Assembly: GCA_965227295.1 (NCBI GenBank)
Contig: OZ245742.1
Location: 4,032,001-4,096,000 of the forward strand
Source: Leptonemataceae bacterium
GTDB lineage: Bacteria > Spirochaetota > Leptospiria > Leptospirales > Leptonemataceae
Length of the DNA: 64,000 nucleotides
Reading direction: 5' to 3'
Shown here one piece after another: positions 20,126-30,194 of the stretch. Under the pieces are notes generated by a model. That model made no database searches, was not told the DNA's origin, and saw only the letters and a program-made list of their open reading frames with translations. Each line of letters opens with the position of its first letter. Position 1 is the stretch's first letter. A program made the translations under genes and the position numbers.

Positions 20126-22558
20126 TTAAAAGTTACTGGCGGGGGCCATGTTGCCGTAGAACTCCAGCACCTCCGGAATCTTCGCTTCCACTTTTCCGCC
20201 GGAGACCTGCACGAACTTGCGTTTCTTCAGAACCTTGAGGCCGCCGCTGGTAATCTTCCTGGCGTCGCGCGTTAAGTAATTCCCGGGATGAGTTTGTACG
20301 AACTCGTCCACCATGGCCGGCAGATCGGCGACGGGCAGGGCGGTTTCGGCCTCGCACAACAATCGCGCGATGATGTGATTCGGCAGCACGCGCAGTTTCT
20401 TCGCCCAGCCCTGCTGGATCTGAAAACCCAGGGCCGTCATGGGATCCTCCGCGTTGATGAACTGCGAAACCCGCACCGGCTCGGCGACGTCCATGAAAAC
20501 GCGGGTGCGGTGTTTTACAAAGGCGCTCACGTCGGTGCTTTTCGCCACACCCGCGAACTCCAGGTCCTCGGGAATGTTTTCGTACGACACGGCCAGAGGG
20601 ACAATGAGAATCTCCGCGCCGGAATGTTGGTAGGCTTCCACCGCCGTCGACAGCAGGCCGGTCTTAATCGGAACAATGCCGCCGGTGCGGCTGCGCGTGC
20701 CTTCCGGGTATACAAGCGAAGGAATGCCCATCTCCAGCATCATGGTGGCGTAACGCGTGAGGCATTCGAGGTACAGAATGTTGCGCGTGCGTTCGCGGTC
20801 CACGGCGTAGGCGCCCAGGGATTTGAGGATCCAGTTCCAGAACGGACTCGTCATGAGATTCGAACCCGCGGCGTAGCGCGGGATCGGCAGGCCGGCGCCG
20901 TAGAGGCCGTAGCCCACTTCCACGGAGTCCAGGTGCGAACGATGCGTGGGGGCGTAGAGAATGTTGTAGCGCGCGGCGAGGGACTTCAGCTCTTCGATCT
21001 CACCGCCCACGTGCGGGATGGCCGAGCCGGGACGGAGGCCGCCGACCAGGGTACGCAACGGGCCGATGGTGTGAATCAACGCCGTGCGCACCGTGGGGCT
21101 GTAGGAGTCCGAGATCTCGTCGACGTAAAACTCGATCAACTCCTCCACCGTTTCGCGAATGTGATCGGGATCGGCCGCGTCCATGGCCTTCCACAACGCG
21201 AGTTCCTGGGGCAGGGCTTCCAGTTCGCGACGATTCTTTTTACGCCGCGCCTTTTCCACGCGGCGCTCCAGGTTCTTTACAATGTTCGGCGCCTGTTTGT
21301 GCACGCGGTCGATCATGCCCCGGGAACCGCTCACGTGGCGGAAGATACGATTTTCGGTGAGCTTCTTGAAGTTGTGCCCGGCGGTATGGGCGAGGCCGAT
21401 TTTTTTCGTCGCCGTGGAATCCTCGTCCGGGGTGGGAATCTTTGGGCGTCCGAACAAAGTAATGAGACTCTCCGGCGTCTTGCGGCGGGAGAGCACGTCG
21501 AAGATCGTCGTGTAGAGCGGTATCTTTACGTCGTGATCCTCGGCGAGTTCGAGAATGGGGGTGAGGGCAAAGGCCCCTTCCACGAGATCGGCGCTCTCGC
21601 TCACCTCACGTTCAATGAACTGCGTCGGCCGAAAGAAAAGTTCAATGCGTTCAAAGAAGCCGGGATCGTTCTCGTGGGATAACGTCTGCCGCATGAACTG
21701 CATGCCGTAACCGCGGTTGCGGCTGTTGGGGGAGGTCGCCGTGGTGACGATGTCCGCGAGCCCGGAGACGCCGAACAACGTTGCCGGCTTCGCGCCCAGG
21801 GCGACACCCAGGCGAAACATTTCTTTGAAGCCCTGACTGACGAGCAGTCCTTGAAGATTCGAGGCCGCCCCGGGCATGACCTCGGCCATGCCGCAGGCGA
21901 TGGCGATGGGATTCTTCAGCGCCCCGCCGATTTCGGTGCCCAGGATATCCGTCGTGGTGGACACGCTTATGAATTCGTTCGTGAGCAGATCCTTGAGCGC
22001 CTGGGCCGTATCCCGATCTTCACAGCCGACGTTGAAGTACGTGTAGTTCGATGCATAGATTTCCGCGAGCAGGCTCGGACCGTTCACCACCGCCACGCGC
22101 AGTTGCCCGGTATCCAGGCCCTTGCGCCGCGCGCTTTCGCGGACGAATTGTGAGAAAGTCCAGAGATGCGAACCGAATTTACGGCGGCTCGCGCGGGACA
22201 GGAGACCCTTCGTAAGAATCACGAACAGGTGAGCGCAGTTCGGCGCGAGGTGATCCAGCAGATGTTCCACCGTATCCTCGAACTGCCGCGACGGCATGGC
22301 GGCGAACAGAGCCTGGGGGCCGTCTTCGAATTCGTCGTACTCGTGGATGACGTCGACATTCTCGTGCAGACGATACGGAGAGCCCAGGACCTGACCCATG
22401 CGGTCCTGGCTCAACCGGCGGGCGTCCCGGGGATCGGGATACCAGAGGCGAACCGGGCCGCCGGTGCCTCCGGCCAGGAGCGAGGACAGGATGAGTCCGA
22501 ACGGGCCGCCGCCCAGGACCGCGAAATTCATTTTTTCGAAATCCAGAGGCTCGGTCAT
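20126..22558 (-). CDS. gpsA: Fused NAD(P)H-dependent glycerol-3-phosphate dehydrogenase / PlsB-type glycerol-phosphate acyltransferase
   Basis: N-half: GGGPFG, GGALKNPIAIACG, GLADIVTT..SRNRGYG. C-half: HRSHLD (HX4D), YPEGTRSRTG. Confidence 0.85.
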   Translation of the reverse strand: MTEPLDFEKMNFAVLGGGPFGLILSSLLAGGTGGPVRLWYPDPRDARRLSQDRMGQVLGSPYRLHENVDVIHEYDEFEDGPQALFAAMPSRQFEDTVEHLLDHLAPNCAHLFVILTKGLLSRASRRKFGSHLWTFSQFVRESARRKGLDTGQLRVAVVNGPSLLAEIYASNYTYFNVGCEDRDTAQALKDLLTNEFISVSTTTDILGTEIGGALKNPIAIACGMAEVMPGAASNLQGLLVSQGFKEMFRLGVALGAKPATLFGVSGLADIVTTATSPNSRNRGYGMQFMRQTLSHENDPGFFERIELFFRPTQFIEREVSESADLVEGAFALTPILELAEDHDVKIPLYTTIFDVLSRRKTPESLITLFGRPKIPTPDEDSTATKKIGLAHTAGHNFKKLTENRIFRHVSGSRGMIDRVHKQAPNIVKNLERRVEKARRKKNRRELEALPQELALWKAMDAADPDHIRETVEELIEFYVDEISDSYSPTVRTALIHTIGPLRTLVGGLRPGSAIPHVGGEIEELKSLAARYNILYAPTHRSHLDSVEVGYGLYGAGLPIPRYAAGSNLMTSPFWNWILKSLGAYAVDRERTRNILYLECLTRYATMMLEMGIPSLVYPEGTRSRTGGIVPIKTGLLSTAVEAYQHSGAEILIVPLAVSYENIPEDLEFAGVAKSTDVSAFVKHRTRVFMDVAEPVRVSQFINAEDPMTALGFQIQQGWAKKLRVLPNHIIARLLCEAETALPVADLPAMVDEFVQTHPGNYLTRDARKITSGGLKVLKKRKFVQVSGGKVEAKIPEVLEFYGNMAPASNF

Positions 22559-22680
22559 GCGTTCGTAAAATCATGAAGCTTCTGAAGACTCAACCAGGAA
22601 ATGCCGCGTTCCGGAGACGGAGCCGGAAAAGCATTGAAAGCCGGGCGTGAGGCTCCGAAACTGAAATAACCGCCGTTACT

Positions 22681-25600
22681 ATGAAGAATCTTCTCCCGTT
22701 TTTTATTCAGCAGCGCCTGCACGAAGAGACATACGAGGGCTCCCTCCCGGCCCACACGATGTTTATGGACATCTCGGGCTTCACGCCCATGACCGAGCGG
22801 CTCATGCAGGAAGGAAAAGAGGGCGCGGAGATTCTTTCGGCCGAGATCAATCGGCTGTTCACTGCACTCATCGAAGCGGTCTACAGCCGCGGAGGCATCA
22901 TCACCGGTTTTGCCGGCGACGCCTTTACGGCGATTTTTGACGTGGAGGTCGGCGAGAAGCCGTTGCAGATTCTGGAAGCCGCGCAGGAGATCCAACAGAT
23001 CTTCAACGATCACGGCCACGCGGAGACGCGCTTCGGCAATTTCCAGCTTCAGGTGAAGGTCGGTCTGTCCTCGGGCCTGGTGCAGTGGGGCATCACCGGT
23101 TCCGGGGGCGCGCGTTGTTATTACTTTCGCGGGCCGGCCATCGACGGCTGTGCGCAGTCCGAGCAGCACTGTGACAGCGGCGAGATCATCCTGGACGATG
23201 CGATTTTCGCGAAGTACTCCGACGACGAGCGGCCGTCCGTCGAAGCGAAGGCGCCGGGCTATCATCGTTTCGTGGAACTGTCCGTGGGCACCGAGCGTTC
23301 GGTGGCGGAGGCCCTGTCATTTTTTCATCGCAACGAACAACGGCAGATCTACACCGAAACGGCCCTGGAATTTTTTCCCAGGGCGGCCATCGAGGCGCCG
23401 GCCGGAGAGTTTCGTAACATCCTGTGTTGTTTTGTGTCGCTGCGCAGTCCGGAGGATCACGACGAACTGGACGCCCTGGCCGCGCGACTGCGCGAACTCT
23501 CCGACGGCTACGAGGGGTACTTCAACAACCTGGACTTCGGCGATAAGGGTGGTACGGCATTGTTCGTTTTCGGCGCACCGACGTCTCACGAGGATGACGG
23601 CAGCCGGGCGGCGAACTTCGCCCTCGAGGTCCGCTCGTCCTTCGGGGAGCGCGTGCGGATCGGATTAAACTACGGCACGGCCTTCGCCGGCATGATCGGC
23701 TCGGACATTCGCTGTACGTATACGGTCGAGGGAGATGCCGTAAATACGGCCGCGCGGCTCATGACGTCCGCGGAGTGGGGAGAGATCCTGACCACCGCGG
23801 CGACGGCGCAGTTCCTCGGCCCCCTCTTCGCATGCGAGGATGCGGGCCGGCGAGAATTCAAAGGCAAGTCCGAAGCGATAGCCGTGAGCAAACTCACCGA
23901 TAGAAAAGAAGCAACGTTCGAGGACTTCGACGCATCGCTCTTCGTCGGCCGCGAGGCGGAACTGGAAGAGTTGAGCAAGGACTTTCGGACGTTACTCGAC
24001 GATCGTCGTTTCGCCGGTGTACGTTATATTTACGGCGAGGCGGGCAGCGGCAAGTCGCGTTTTCTGCATGAAGTCTTTGCGAAGTACGGCGCGCCCGACG
24101 CTTCCGGGGACCGGGTGGATTTCGCGTTTACCCACGCGGACGGGATTCTCAAACGAAGCATGAATCCTTTCGTGAACTACTTCGTTACGCAGTTCGGCAC
24201 CCACGAGATCGATGACCCGGTCGCTCGTCGAGACGCCGTAGACGGAAGGATCACGGCTCTGCTCGGGCAAATCGAAGCCATGCCGGTACCCGACGACGAG
24301 CACTTGCGCGGACACCGGGAGACGGTGCTCGCCGATCTCTGGCGGACGCGTTCGCTCCTCGGTTACCTGGTGGACGCCGACGTGAGCGGCAGCCTCTACG
24401 AACAGCTCGACGTCAAAGGGCGCTTCGAGAACACCCTGATCGCGATCAAAGAGTACTTTAAGGCCCTGGCGTTGATTCGGCCCACTGTCATCGTCCTGGA
24501 AGATCTGCACTGGGTCGACAGTGACTCGTTAAGTGTGATTGAAAACATGTTACGCTACGTCGACGAATTGCCGCTGCTGGTCCTGGTTTCCGGCCGCTAT
24601 CGGGACGACGGCACCCGCCCGCGCCTCCGCCTGGTCGACGACGTCGTCGTGCGCAGCGTGGAGCTGTCCGCCCTCGAACCTCCGGCGGTGCAGGAGCTTG
24701 CCGGCCATCGCCTCGGCGGAGAGATTGCGGCGAATCTGCTCCAGTTTATCGGTGAGCGGACCCGGGGCAATCCGTTCTACATAACGGAGTTCTGTACGTA
24801 TCTGCAACAAAACGAGTTGCTGGCGAACCAGGCCGGCGTCCTGGACCTTGCCGACACGAACGTGGCGGACATTCCCGCGAGCGTCAACGCCCTCGTCACC
24901 GCCCGTATCGATCGACTGTCCCTGGAATTAAAAGAAGCCGTGCAGATTGCGGCGGTGCTCGGTCGCGAGTTCGATGTGCGCGTGTTGGGACGATTGCTCG
25001 GCCGGGAGGACATCGCCTCCGTTCTCGAACAGGGTCGCTCCGAACAAATCTGGGCGCCCACGGAAATCCAGGATGTGTGCACGTTTCAGAACGGCCTGCT
25101 GCAGGAGGTCGCCTACGAAATGCAGTTGCGGGATCGCCTGCGCGGAATTCACGGCCGGGCCGCGGAGATCCTGGTGGAACGCTACGGCGAAAATCCTGCC
25201 CGGGCCGCGGAAGTGGCCTATCACTACGAGCAGGCGGAGAATGACGACGGCGCGCGCCGGTACTACGGCCTCGCGGCGGACTACGCCTACGACAACTACA
25301 AGAGCGACAAGGCCCAGGAATTCTTCGACAAACTCCTGGACTATGCACAGGACACAGACGCAACCATCGCCATTCTGGAACGTAAGGTGAATTTACTGGA
25401 ACTTACGGGCCGCTGGGACGAGGCCCTGGGCATCATCAACGACGGGCTGCAACTTGCCGGCGAGGATCAACAGAAGGCCGGCGAGTGGAAGGCGCGCATG
25501 GGAGAGGTCTATCAGAAAAAAGGCGACTATGATCGCGCCGCGACCTACCTCTTCGAAGCGGCGAATCTGGGCAAAGCTCTGAATGCCGACCGATTGCTCG

Positions 25601-26679
25601 CCGACGCTCACGGTCATCTGGGGCGTAATTACTGGAGCACCGGTCGTTACGATAAGGCGCTGGAGTGTTTCGATGAAGCCGTCGAAGCGAATCGTCGCCT
25701 GAACGACCGCCGGGGCATCGCGTTGAGCCAGTACTATGCCGGCGTCGTATACCGGGATCGTAACGAGTACGACAGGGCCATGCAGCTTTACAATGACAGT
25801 CTGCGCACTTTCGAAGAGATCGGCGACCGGCGCTACGCAACGTACCCGCTCTACGATATCGGAATCATTCACCAGTACCAGGGGCGTCTGGCGGAAGCCC
25901 GGGAGTACTTCGAAAAAACCGAGAAGCTGTACGCCGAGATCGGCTATCGCAGCGGTTCTTCGGCGACCCTGCTGAACCTTGGCGTCATCGAGATGCGCCG
26001 GGGTGAGTACGATAAGGCCCTGGAATACTTCGCGCACGCGCTTTCGGTGGCGGAGGAAATCGGCGAGTCCATGGCCGTGGGTTATACGCTGTTCAGCATT
26101 GGTACGGCTTATTATCATCTCCACCGCTACGACGAAACGCTCAAGCACTTCCAGCAGGCCTTTACAATCATGCGTAAGATCGGTGCGCGCGGTTACTACG
26201 GTTACGTCTTCGCGTACCTGACGTGCACGTTCGCGCGGACCAACAAAGCCGCGAAGGCCCTGCACGCGGCGCTCCAGCACTTAAAGAACATCCAGGAACT
26301 CGGCGGTTCCGATGTGGAGAACGGGCGCACGCACCTGGGAATCGCCCTCGTGTTGGCCCAGGGCGGGAAGTTCGGTCCCAACGCGCGTAAGCTGCTGGAC
26401 GAGATCCGCTCTGTGACCGGCCTGCCGGACAAGGCGGATGCGTACTTTGAGTTCGCGGTGCAGACGGCCCGCAAGGCGGAGTACGTCATGACCCTGGTGC
26501 CGGCCCTGCGGGAGTACGGGGCCTACCTGGCCGGGCGGGCCTCCCGGGCCCCCTGGTTCGCGGAGCGGGCGAGGGATTGCTTGGCGGAGGCTCATAGCCT
26601 GGCGCAGTCCATGGGCCTCGACGGCGAGCGAGTGCTCATTGAGGAATACGCCGGCAGTCACGGCATCGAAATCGGTTAG
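22681..26679 (+). CDS. Class III adenylate/guanylate cyclase (two domains) - STAND ATPase - TPR protein (sAC/ADCY10-like architecture)
   Basis: FMDISGFT..FAGDAF; GDKG..GDAVNTAARLM; Walker A GEAGSGKS; Walker B IVLEDLHW; GNPFY; C-terminal TPRs. Confidence 0.9.
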   Translation: MKNLLPFFIQQRLHEETYEGSLPAHTMFMDISGFTPMTERLMQEGKEGAEILSAEINRLFTALIEAVYSRGGIITGFAGDAFTAIFDVEVGEKPLQILEAAQEIQQIFNDHGHAETRFGNFQLQVKVGLSSGLVQWGITGSGGARCYYFRGPAIDGCAQSEQHCDSGEIILDDAIFAKYSDDERPSVEAKAPGYHRFVELSVGTERSVAEALSFFHRNEQRQIYTETALEFFPRAAIEAPAGEFRNILCCFVSLRSPEDHDELDALAARLRELSDGYEGYFNNLDFGDKGGTALFVFGAPTSHEDDGSRAANFALEVRSSFGERVRIGLNYGTAFAGMIGSDIRCTYTVEGDAVNTAARLMTSAEWGEILTTAATAQFLGPLFACEDAGRREFKGKSEAIAVSKLTDRKEATFEDFDASLFVGREAELEELSKDFRTLLDDRRFAGVRYIYGEAGSGKSRFLHEVFAKYGAPDASGDRVDFAFTHADGILKRSMNPFVNYFVTQFGTHEIDDPVARRDAVDGRITALLGQIEAMPVPDDEHLRGHRETVLADLWRTRSLLGYLVDADVSGSLYEQLDVKGRFENTLIAIKEYFKALALIRPTVIVLEDLHWVDSDSLSVIENMLRYVDELPLLVLVSGRYRDDGTRPRLRLVDDVVVRSVELSALEPPAVQELAGHRLGGEIAANLLQFIGERTRGNPFYITEFCTYLQQNELLANQAGVLDLADTNVADIPASVNALVTARIDRLSLELKEAVQIAAVLGREFDVRVLGRLLGREDIASVLEQGRSEQIWAPTEIQDVCTFQNGLLQEVAYEMQLRDRLRGIHGRAAEILVERYGENPARAAEVAYHYEQAENDDGARRYYGLAADYAYDNYKSDKAQEFFDKLLDYAQDTDATIAILERKVNLLELTGRWDEALGIINDGLQLAGEDQQKAGEWKARMGEVYQKKGDYDRAATYLFEAANLGKALNADRLLADAHGHLGRNYWSTGRYDKALECFDEAVEANRRLNDRRGIALSQYYAGVVYRDRNEYDRAMQLYNDSLRTFEEIGDRRYATYPLYDIGIIHQYQGRLAEAREYFEKTEKLYAEIGYRSGSSATLLNLGVIEMRRGEYDKALEYFAHALSVAEEIGESMAVGYTLFSIGTAYYHLHRYDETLKHFQQAFTIMRKIGARGYYGYVFAYLTCTFARTNKAAKALHAALQHLKNIQELGGSDVENGRTHLGIALVLAQGGKFGPNARKLLDEIRSVTGLPDKADAYFEFAVQTARKAEYVMTLVPALREYGAYLAGRASRAPWFAERARDCLAEAHSLAQSMGLDGERVLIEEYAGSHGIEIG

Positions 26680-26700
26680 GTTTGCACTGCAAACTTTTAA

Positions 26701-27051
26701 TTAATCAATATTAATGGCGATGCGTTTTACGAAGAACTCGCCGGGTTCCCCGTCTTCGGCTTCTTCGCGGACCACGCCGTCCAACTGCATCACCTTTCCG
26801 GTGTAGAACTCCCGGAGCATGCCGGTGAGTTTCCCGCTGATGATGTAGCGACGTTTCCCGTCCTGGACCGTTTCCGTGAGGATGAGGCGTTTGCCTTCCG
26901 TATGCAGGCGGCCGACCTTACGGACAAAATCCTCCGTCACGTTGGTCTCGCTTTCCGCGGATCCCGCGCAGGCGGTCGGCCCCGCCAGTGCAAGCGTCAG
27001 GATCGCGCAGGTTAGGATGGCATGAGCAGGACGTAAATACTTTGTTAGCAT
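26701..27051 (-). CDS. Small exported or lipoprotein, OB-fold-like hypothetical
   Basis: Hydrophobic leader ending GPTAC; beta-rich mature part. Confidence 0.6.
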   Translation of the reverse strand: MLTKYLRPAHAILTCAILTLALAGPTACAGSAESETNVTEDFVRKVGRLHTEGKRLILTETVQDGKRRYIISGKLTGMLREFYTGKVMQLDGVVREEAEDGEPGEFFVKRIAINID

Positions 27052-27250
27052 AGTTGAAACAACAGAAACATACAATGTAGAGCAAGGTCAGCGAACCCAG
27101 CATCCTTACATCCGGTGGAATTACAAGAGATAATCCGTCGATTCGCTTACGCACTTATACGTAAAACCTTAGAGTATTTCCACCGGAAAACATGAAAAAT
27201 ATACATTTGATTTGACACGGGACTTCAGACGGGTGCACGCTTCCGACGCA

Positions 27251-27580
27251 ATGAGAGGGTCGGTCAGGATCGACGTTCTTCAATATACGGAAGGCGTGGA
27301 GCCGGAAGACGAAGACGGCGAAGATTACTCCGGGATTCGTACGGCGGCTGTAGAGCATCGGCGGGACGTCCTGCTGTCGGTGCAGTCGGCCAGCCGCGAG
27401 GCTGTACTCTCCGAGCTGATTGACGGGGATGTGCGGGAGATTCTGGTCCTGGAGCACACTGTCGTCGACATCTACGCCGGGGAAGACAACCGCGATGTAG
27501 TGGAAGTACGGGGGTTTCGCCACGTCGCCGGTAACGGCTATGAACGTTGCCGGCTCGTGTTCTCACCGGGGACACCGTGA
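27251..27580 (+). CDS. Small acidic hypothetical protein translationally coupled to the sensor kinase
   Basis: Its stop overlaps the GTG start of the kinase (GTGA at 27577-27580); start uncertain (27212 TTG or 27251 ATG). Confidence 0.6.
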   Translation: MRGSVRIDVLQYTEGVEPEDEDGEDYSGIRTAAVEHRRDVLLSVQSASREAVLSELIDGDVREILVLEHTVVDIYAGEDNRDVVEVRGFRHVAGNGYERCRLVFSPGTP

Positions 27581-28893
27581 CCGGGCAATTGCTGCTGCAA
27601 AGAATCTTCGGCCTGCCCGGCGATCTCTTCACGACGGCCTCGGCTCGTTTCGTTCGAAGCGTGCAGCTCTACGAATCCAACTTCCTGTGGATGTGCTCCG
27701 TGGGCGGCGCCTTCTTTCCGGTCTACTGGTTCGTCTGGAGTCATGTCTTCCCGCAGCCTTACGAGAACCTGGCGTTACGATCCGTCGGCATGGTCTTAAC
27801 CTTCGGCCTGGCCCTCAGCCGTTACTGGCCGCCCACGTTGCGCGTGCGCTGGCTGGTACCTTACGCCTACGTCACACTCCTGTTCGTGTTCCCGTTTTTC
27901 TTTACGTACATGACACTCATGAACGGGGCCGTGCGGGCCTGGGTCATGTCGGCGCTGGTGGCGTATTTTTTGATGATTCTACTCATCGATTGGATTAATG
28001 TCATTGTGCTGTTCAGTCTGGGTACGGGGGCCGCGTATGCGGCGTTCTACTACGCTACCGACGGTCGGCCCATGCCGCCCGTTTACGTCGAAGACCTGAC
28101 GGTCATCCTGTTTTTGATTGTGATGGGTTCGCTGTTCAACTACCGGGCGGAGATGCTGCGCCGGGAGCGCGCCCGGGCCATGTTCCTGCTCGGCGCGCGC
28201 ATGGCCCACGAGATGCGCACGCCCCTGGCCGGCATCAAGATCGGGGTATCCGGCATTGCCCGGCAACTGGAACGCCTGTTCGAAAAAGCCGGCAAGGAAC
28301 AACGCCGACGGATGGCAGAGTTCGACCATCTGAAGCAGGATATCGTCTCCCAGGCAAACTATGCCGGCACGATCATCGACATGTTGCTTTTGCATACCGC
28401 GCCGGGGCAGAAGCTGGAACCGGATGAACTTGAACCCATCGGGGTTCGGGAAATCGTAGAGACGACTCTGGCCAACTATCCGTTTATTTCGAACGAAGAG
28501 CGGGCCCTGGTGGTCCACGAACCGGGGCCCGACGCCGTCTTCTGCGGTAAGCGGACCCTGGTCATCTGTGTCCTGTACAATCTACTCAAGAACTCACTCT
28601 TCGAAGTGCATACGGCCGGTGACGGAACCATTCGCATCTACGCCGTGCGCAACAGTTCGGAAGGCGTGGTGCACCTGTACGTTCGCGACACCGGGCCGGG
28701 CATCCCGCCGCACGTCTTGCCCCACGTCTTTGATCAGTTCTTCACCACGAAGCGCGGTTTCGAAGGTGCCGGCGTCGGACTCTGGAACGTACGGAACATT
28801 ATGGAAAGCCTGGGCGGTCGCATCTATGTGCGTTCCCAAACCGGCGAGTACGCCGAGTTCGAGCTCGTGTTTCCGTTAAGTGATAAGTGTTAA
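27577..28893 (+). CDS. cqsS: CqsS/LqsS-like alpha-hydroxyketone autoinducer sensor histidine kinase (no receiver domain)
   Basis: 6-TM sensor with FPVYWFVWSHVFPQPYENLALR, FPFFFTYMTLMN and WVMS, as in CqsS; H-box MAHEMRTPL, N-box NLLKNS, DTGPGI, GAGVGL. Confidence 0.85.
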   Translation: MTGQLLLQRIFGLPGDLFTTASARFVRSVQLYESNFLWMCSVGGAFFPVYWFVWSHVFPQPYENLALRSVGMVLTFGLALSRYWPPTLRVRWLVPYAYVTLLFVFPFFFTYMTLMNGAVRAWVMSALVAYFLMILLIDWINVIVLFSLGTGAAYAAFYYATDGRPMPPVYVEDLTVILFLIVMGSLFNYRAEMLRRERARAMFLLGARMAHEMRTPLAGIKIGVSGIARQLERLFEKAGKEQRRRMAEFDHLKQDIVSQANYAGTIIDMLLLHTAPGQKLEPDELEPIGVREIVETTLANYPFISNEERALVVHEPGPDAVFCGKRTLVICVLYNLLKNSLFEVHTAGDGTIRIYAVRNSSEGVVHLYVRDTGPGIPPHVLPHVFDQFFTTKRGFEGAGVGLWNVRNIMESLGGRIYVRSQTGEYAEFELVFPLSDKC

Positions 28894-28985
28894 GGTGGCA
28901 CAGGAGGTCGAGAGCTTCTGAGACATTGCATTGGCTCTCAAACATTTCAAAAGATCTCTCTATCCCTCTTCCTCCTGTGCAAAGC

Positions 28986-30170
28986 TCAAGCCATGCCCGC
29001 AAACGGATCCGGCCACATTTCCGGGCGCACCTGTTCCCGCACACCGACGATCACGGCCTTGATTAACTCCACATCATCCTCACTCAGTGCCGAGTGAAAA
29101 CTGAGGCGTAACAACGTTCGGTCCGGCGGGGTGGTGGGTTTCACGAATACCGCCCCGAAGACGTCGAAGTCTTCGAGGCGATCGCGTAGAAACGTGGTGC
29201 TCTCCTCGGAACCGGCCAGGAGTGGAATGATCGGCGAGGCCGACAGGGCCGCGCAGGTGTAACCCTCCACGATCATATGATTGCGCACGTCCTGGACCAC
29301 CTCGAACAGGCGTTGCCGCCGGTCGTCGGCATCACGCACGATCTCTAACGTACGCTGAATGCGAGCTACGTCGTGGGGTTCGAGCATTGTCGAGAAGATG
29401 GCCGGGCGGGCCTCCCAGGGAAAGTACGAGAGGATGCGCTGCGGTCCGAAGATGACGCCGGCCCGGCTGGCGAAGGCCTTGGCCAGGCTCGCGGTAATGA
29501 AATTGACCCGATCGCTCAGGCCGAGATCGGCCACCAGGCCGGCCCCGTGCGGGCCGAAGAGGCCCAGGGAATGCGACTCGTCCACGACCAGGGTGCAATC
29601 GTAGCGTTCACATACCTCGCAGATTGCCTGTAGCGGGGCCCTGGTCCCCAGGGCGGAGTAGACCGAATCCACCACGACTGTTCCGGAACCGTAGCGGCGA
29701 ATGCGGGACTCCAGGTGATTTACGTCGTTGTGCTTGAACATGCGTGCCGTGGCGCCGGCGCTGTGTGCTCCCTCCCAGAGCGACATGTGTGCAAAACGAT
29801 CGATATAGACCGGCGCCTGCCGGTCGGCAATGGACTGGATCAGGCCGACGTTGGCCGCGTAGCCCGACTGGCAGAGGACCGCAGCGTCCATCTGTACGTA
29901 CTCCGCCAGGCTTTGCTGTAGCCTGGAGTAGGGGCCGTCGTACTCGTTGAGAAAGACCGCCGACATCTGCGGCCCGCTTCCTTCTTCGAGCAATCGCCGG
30001 CTCTGGGCCACCAAAATGGCCGGATGCCGGGACAATGCCAGGTAGTCGTTCGAGTTCAGCAGAATCGAACCACTGCCGGGCACCCGGCCGTTGAAGACGT
30101 TTCCGCCATGCCTGGCGATCCGCGTCTCATAAAACTTATCCACACGCTCTGTCAAAAATTCTGGTAACAT
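28986..30170 (-). CDS. cqsA: CqsA/LqsA-like PLP-dependent alpha-hydroxyketone autoinducer synthase
   Basis: LPEFL..RVD N-terminus, SNDYLAL..HP, MSAVFL, QSGYAANVGL, HMSLWEG, VDSVYS, VDESHSLG, TASLAKAF, PAIFS; adjacent to a CqsS-like kinase. Confidence 0.88.
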   Translation of the reverse strand: MLPEFLTERVDKFYETRIARHGGNVFNGRVPGSGSILLNSNDYLALSRHPAILVAQSRRLLEEGSGPQMSAVFLNEYDGPYSRLQQSLAEYVQMDAAVLCQSGYAANVGLIQSIADRQAPVYIDRFAHMSLWEGAHSAGATARMFKHNDVNHLESRIRRYGSGTVVVDSVYSALGTRAPLQAICEVCERYDCTLVVDESHSLGLFGPHGAGLVADLGLSDRVNFITASLAKAFASRAGVIFGPQRILSYFPWEARPAIFSTMLEPHDVARIQRTLEIVRDADDRRQRLFEVVQDVRNHMIVEGYTCAALSASPIIPLLAGSEESTTFLRDRLEDFDVFGAVFVKPTTPPDRTLLRLSFHSALSEDDVELIKAVIVGVREQVRPEMWPDPFAGMA

Positions 30171-30194
30171 AGTTACTAAAAAGCGTTAGATACG

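Noticed and set aside
28986..30170. Annotation as bioF (8-amino-7-oxononanoate synthase) or kbl
   Set aside because: Same fold family, but the LPEFL/MSAVFL/VDESHSLG/TASLAKAF motifs and the adjacent CqsS-like sensor fit CqsA/LqsA better, and no biotin genes are nearby.
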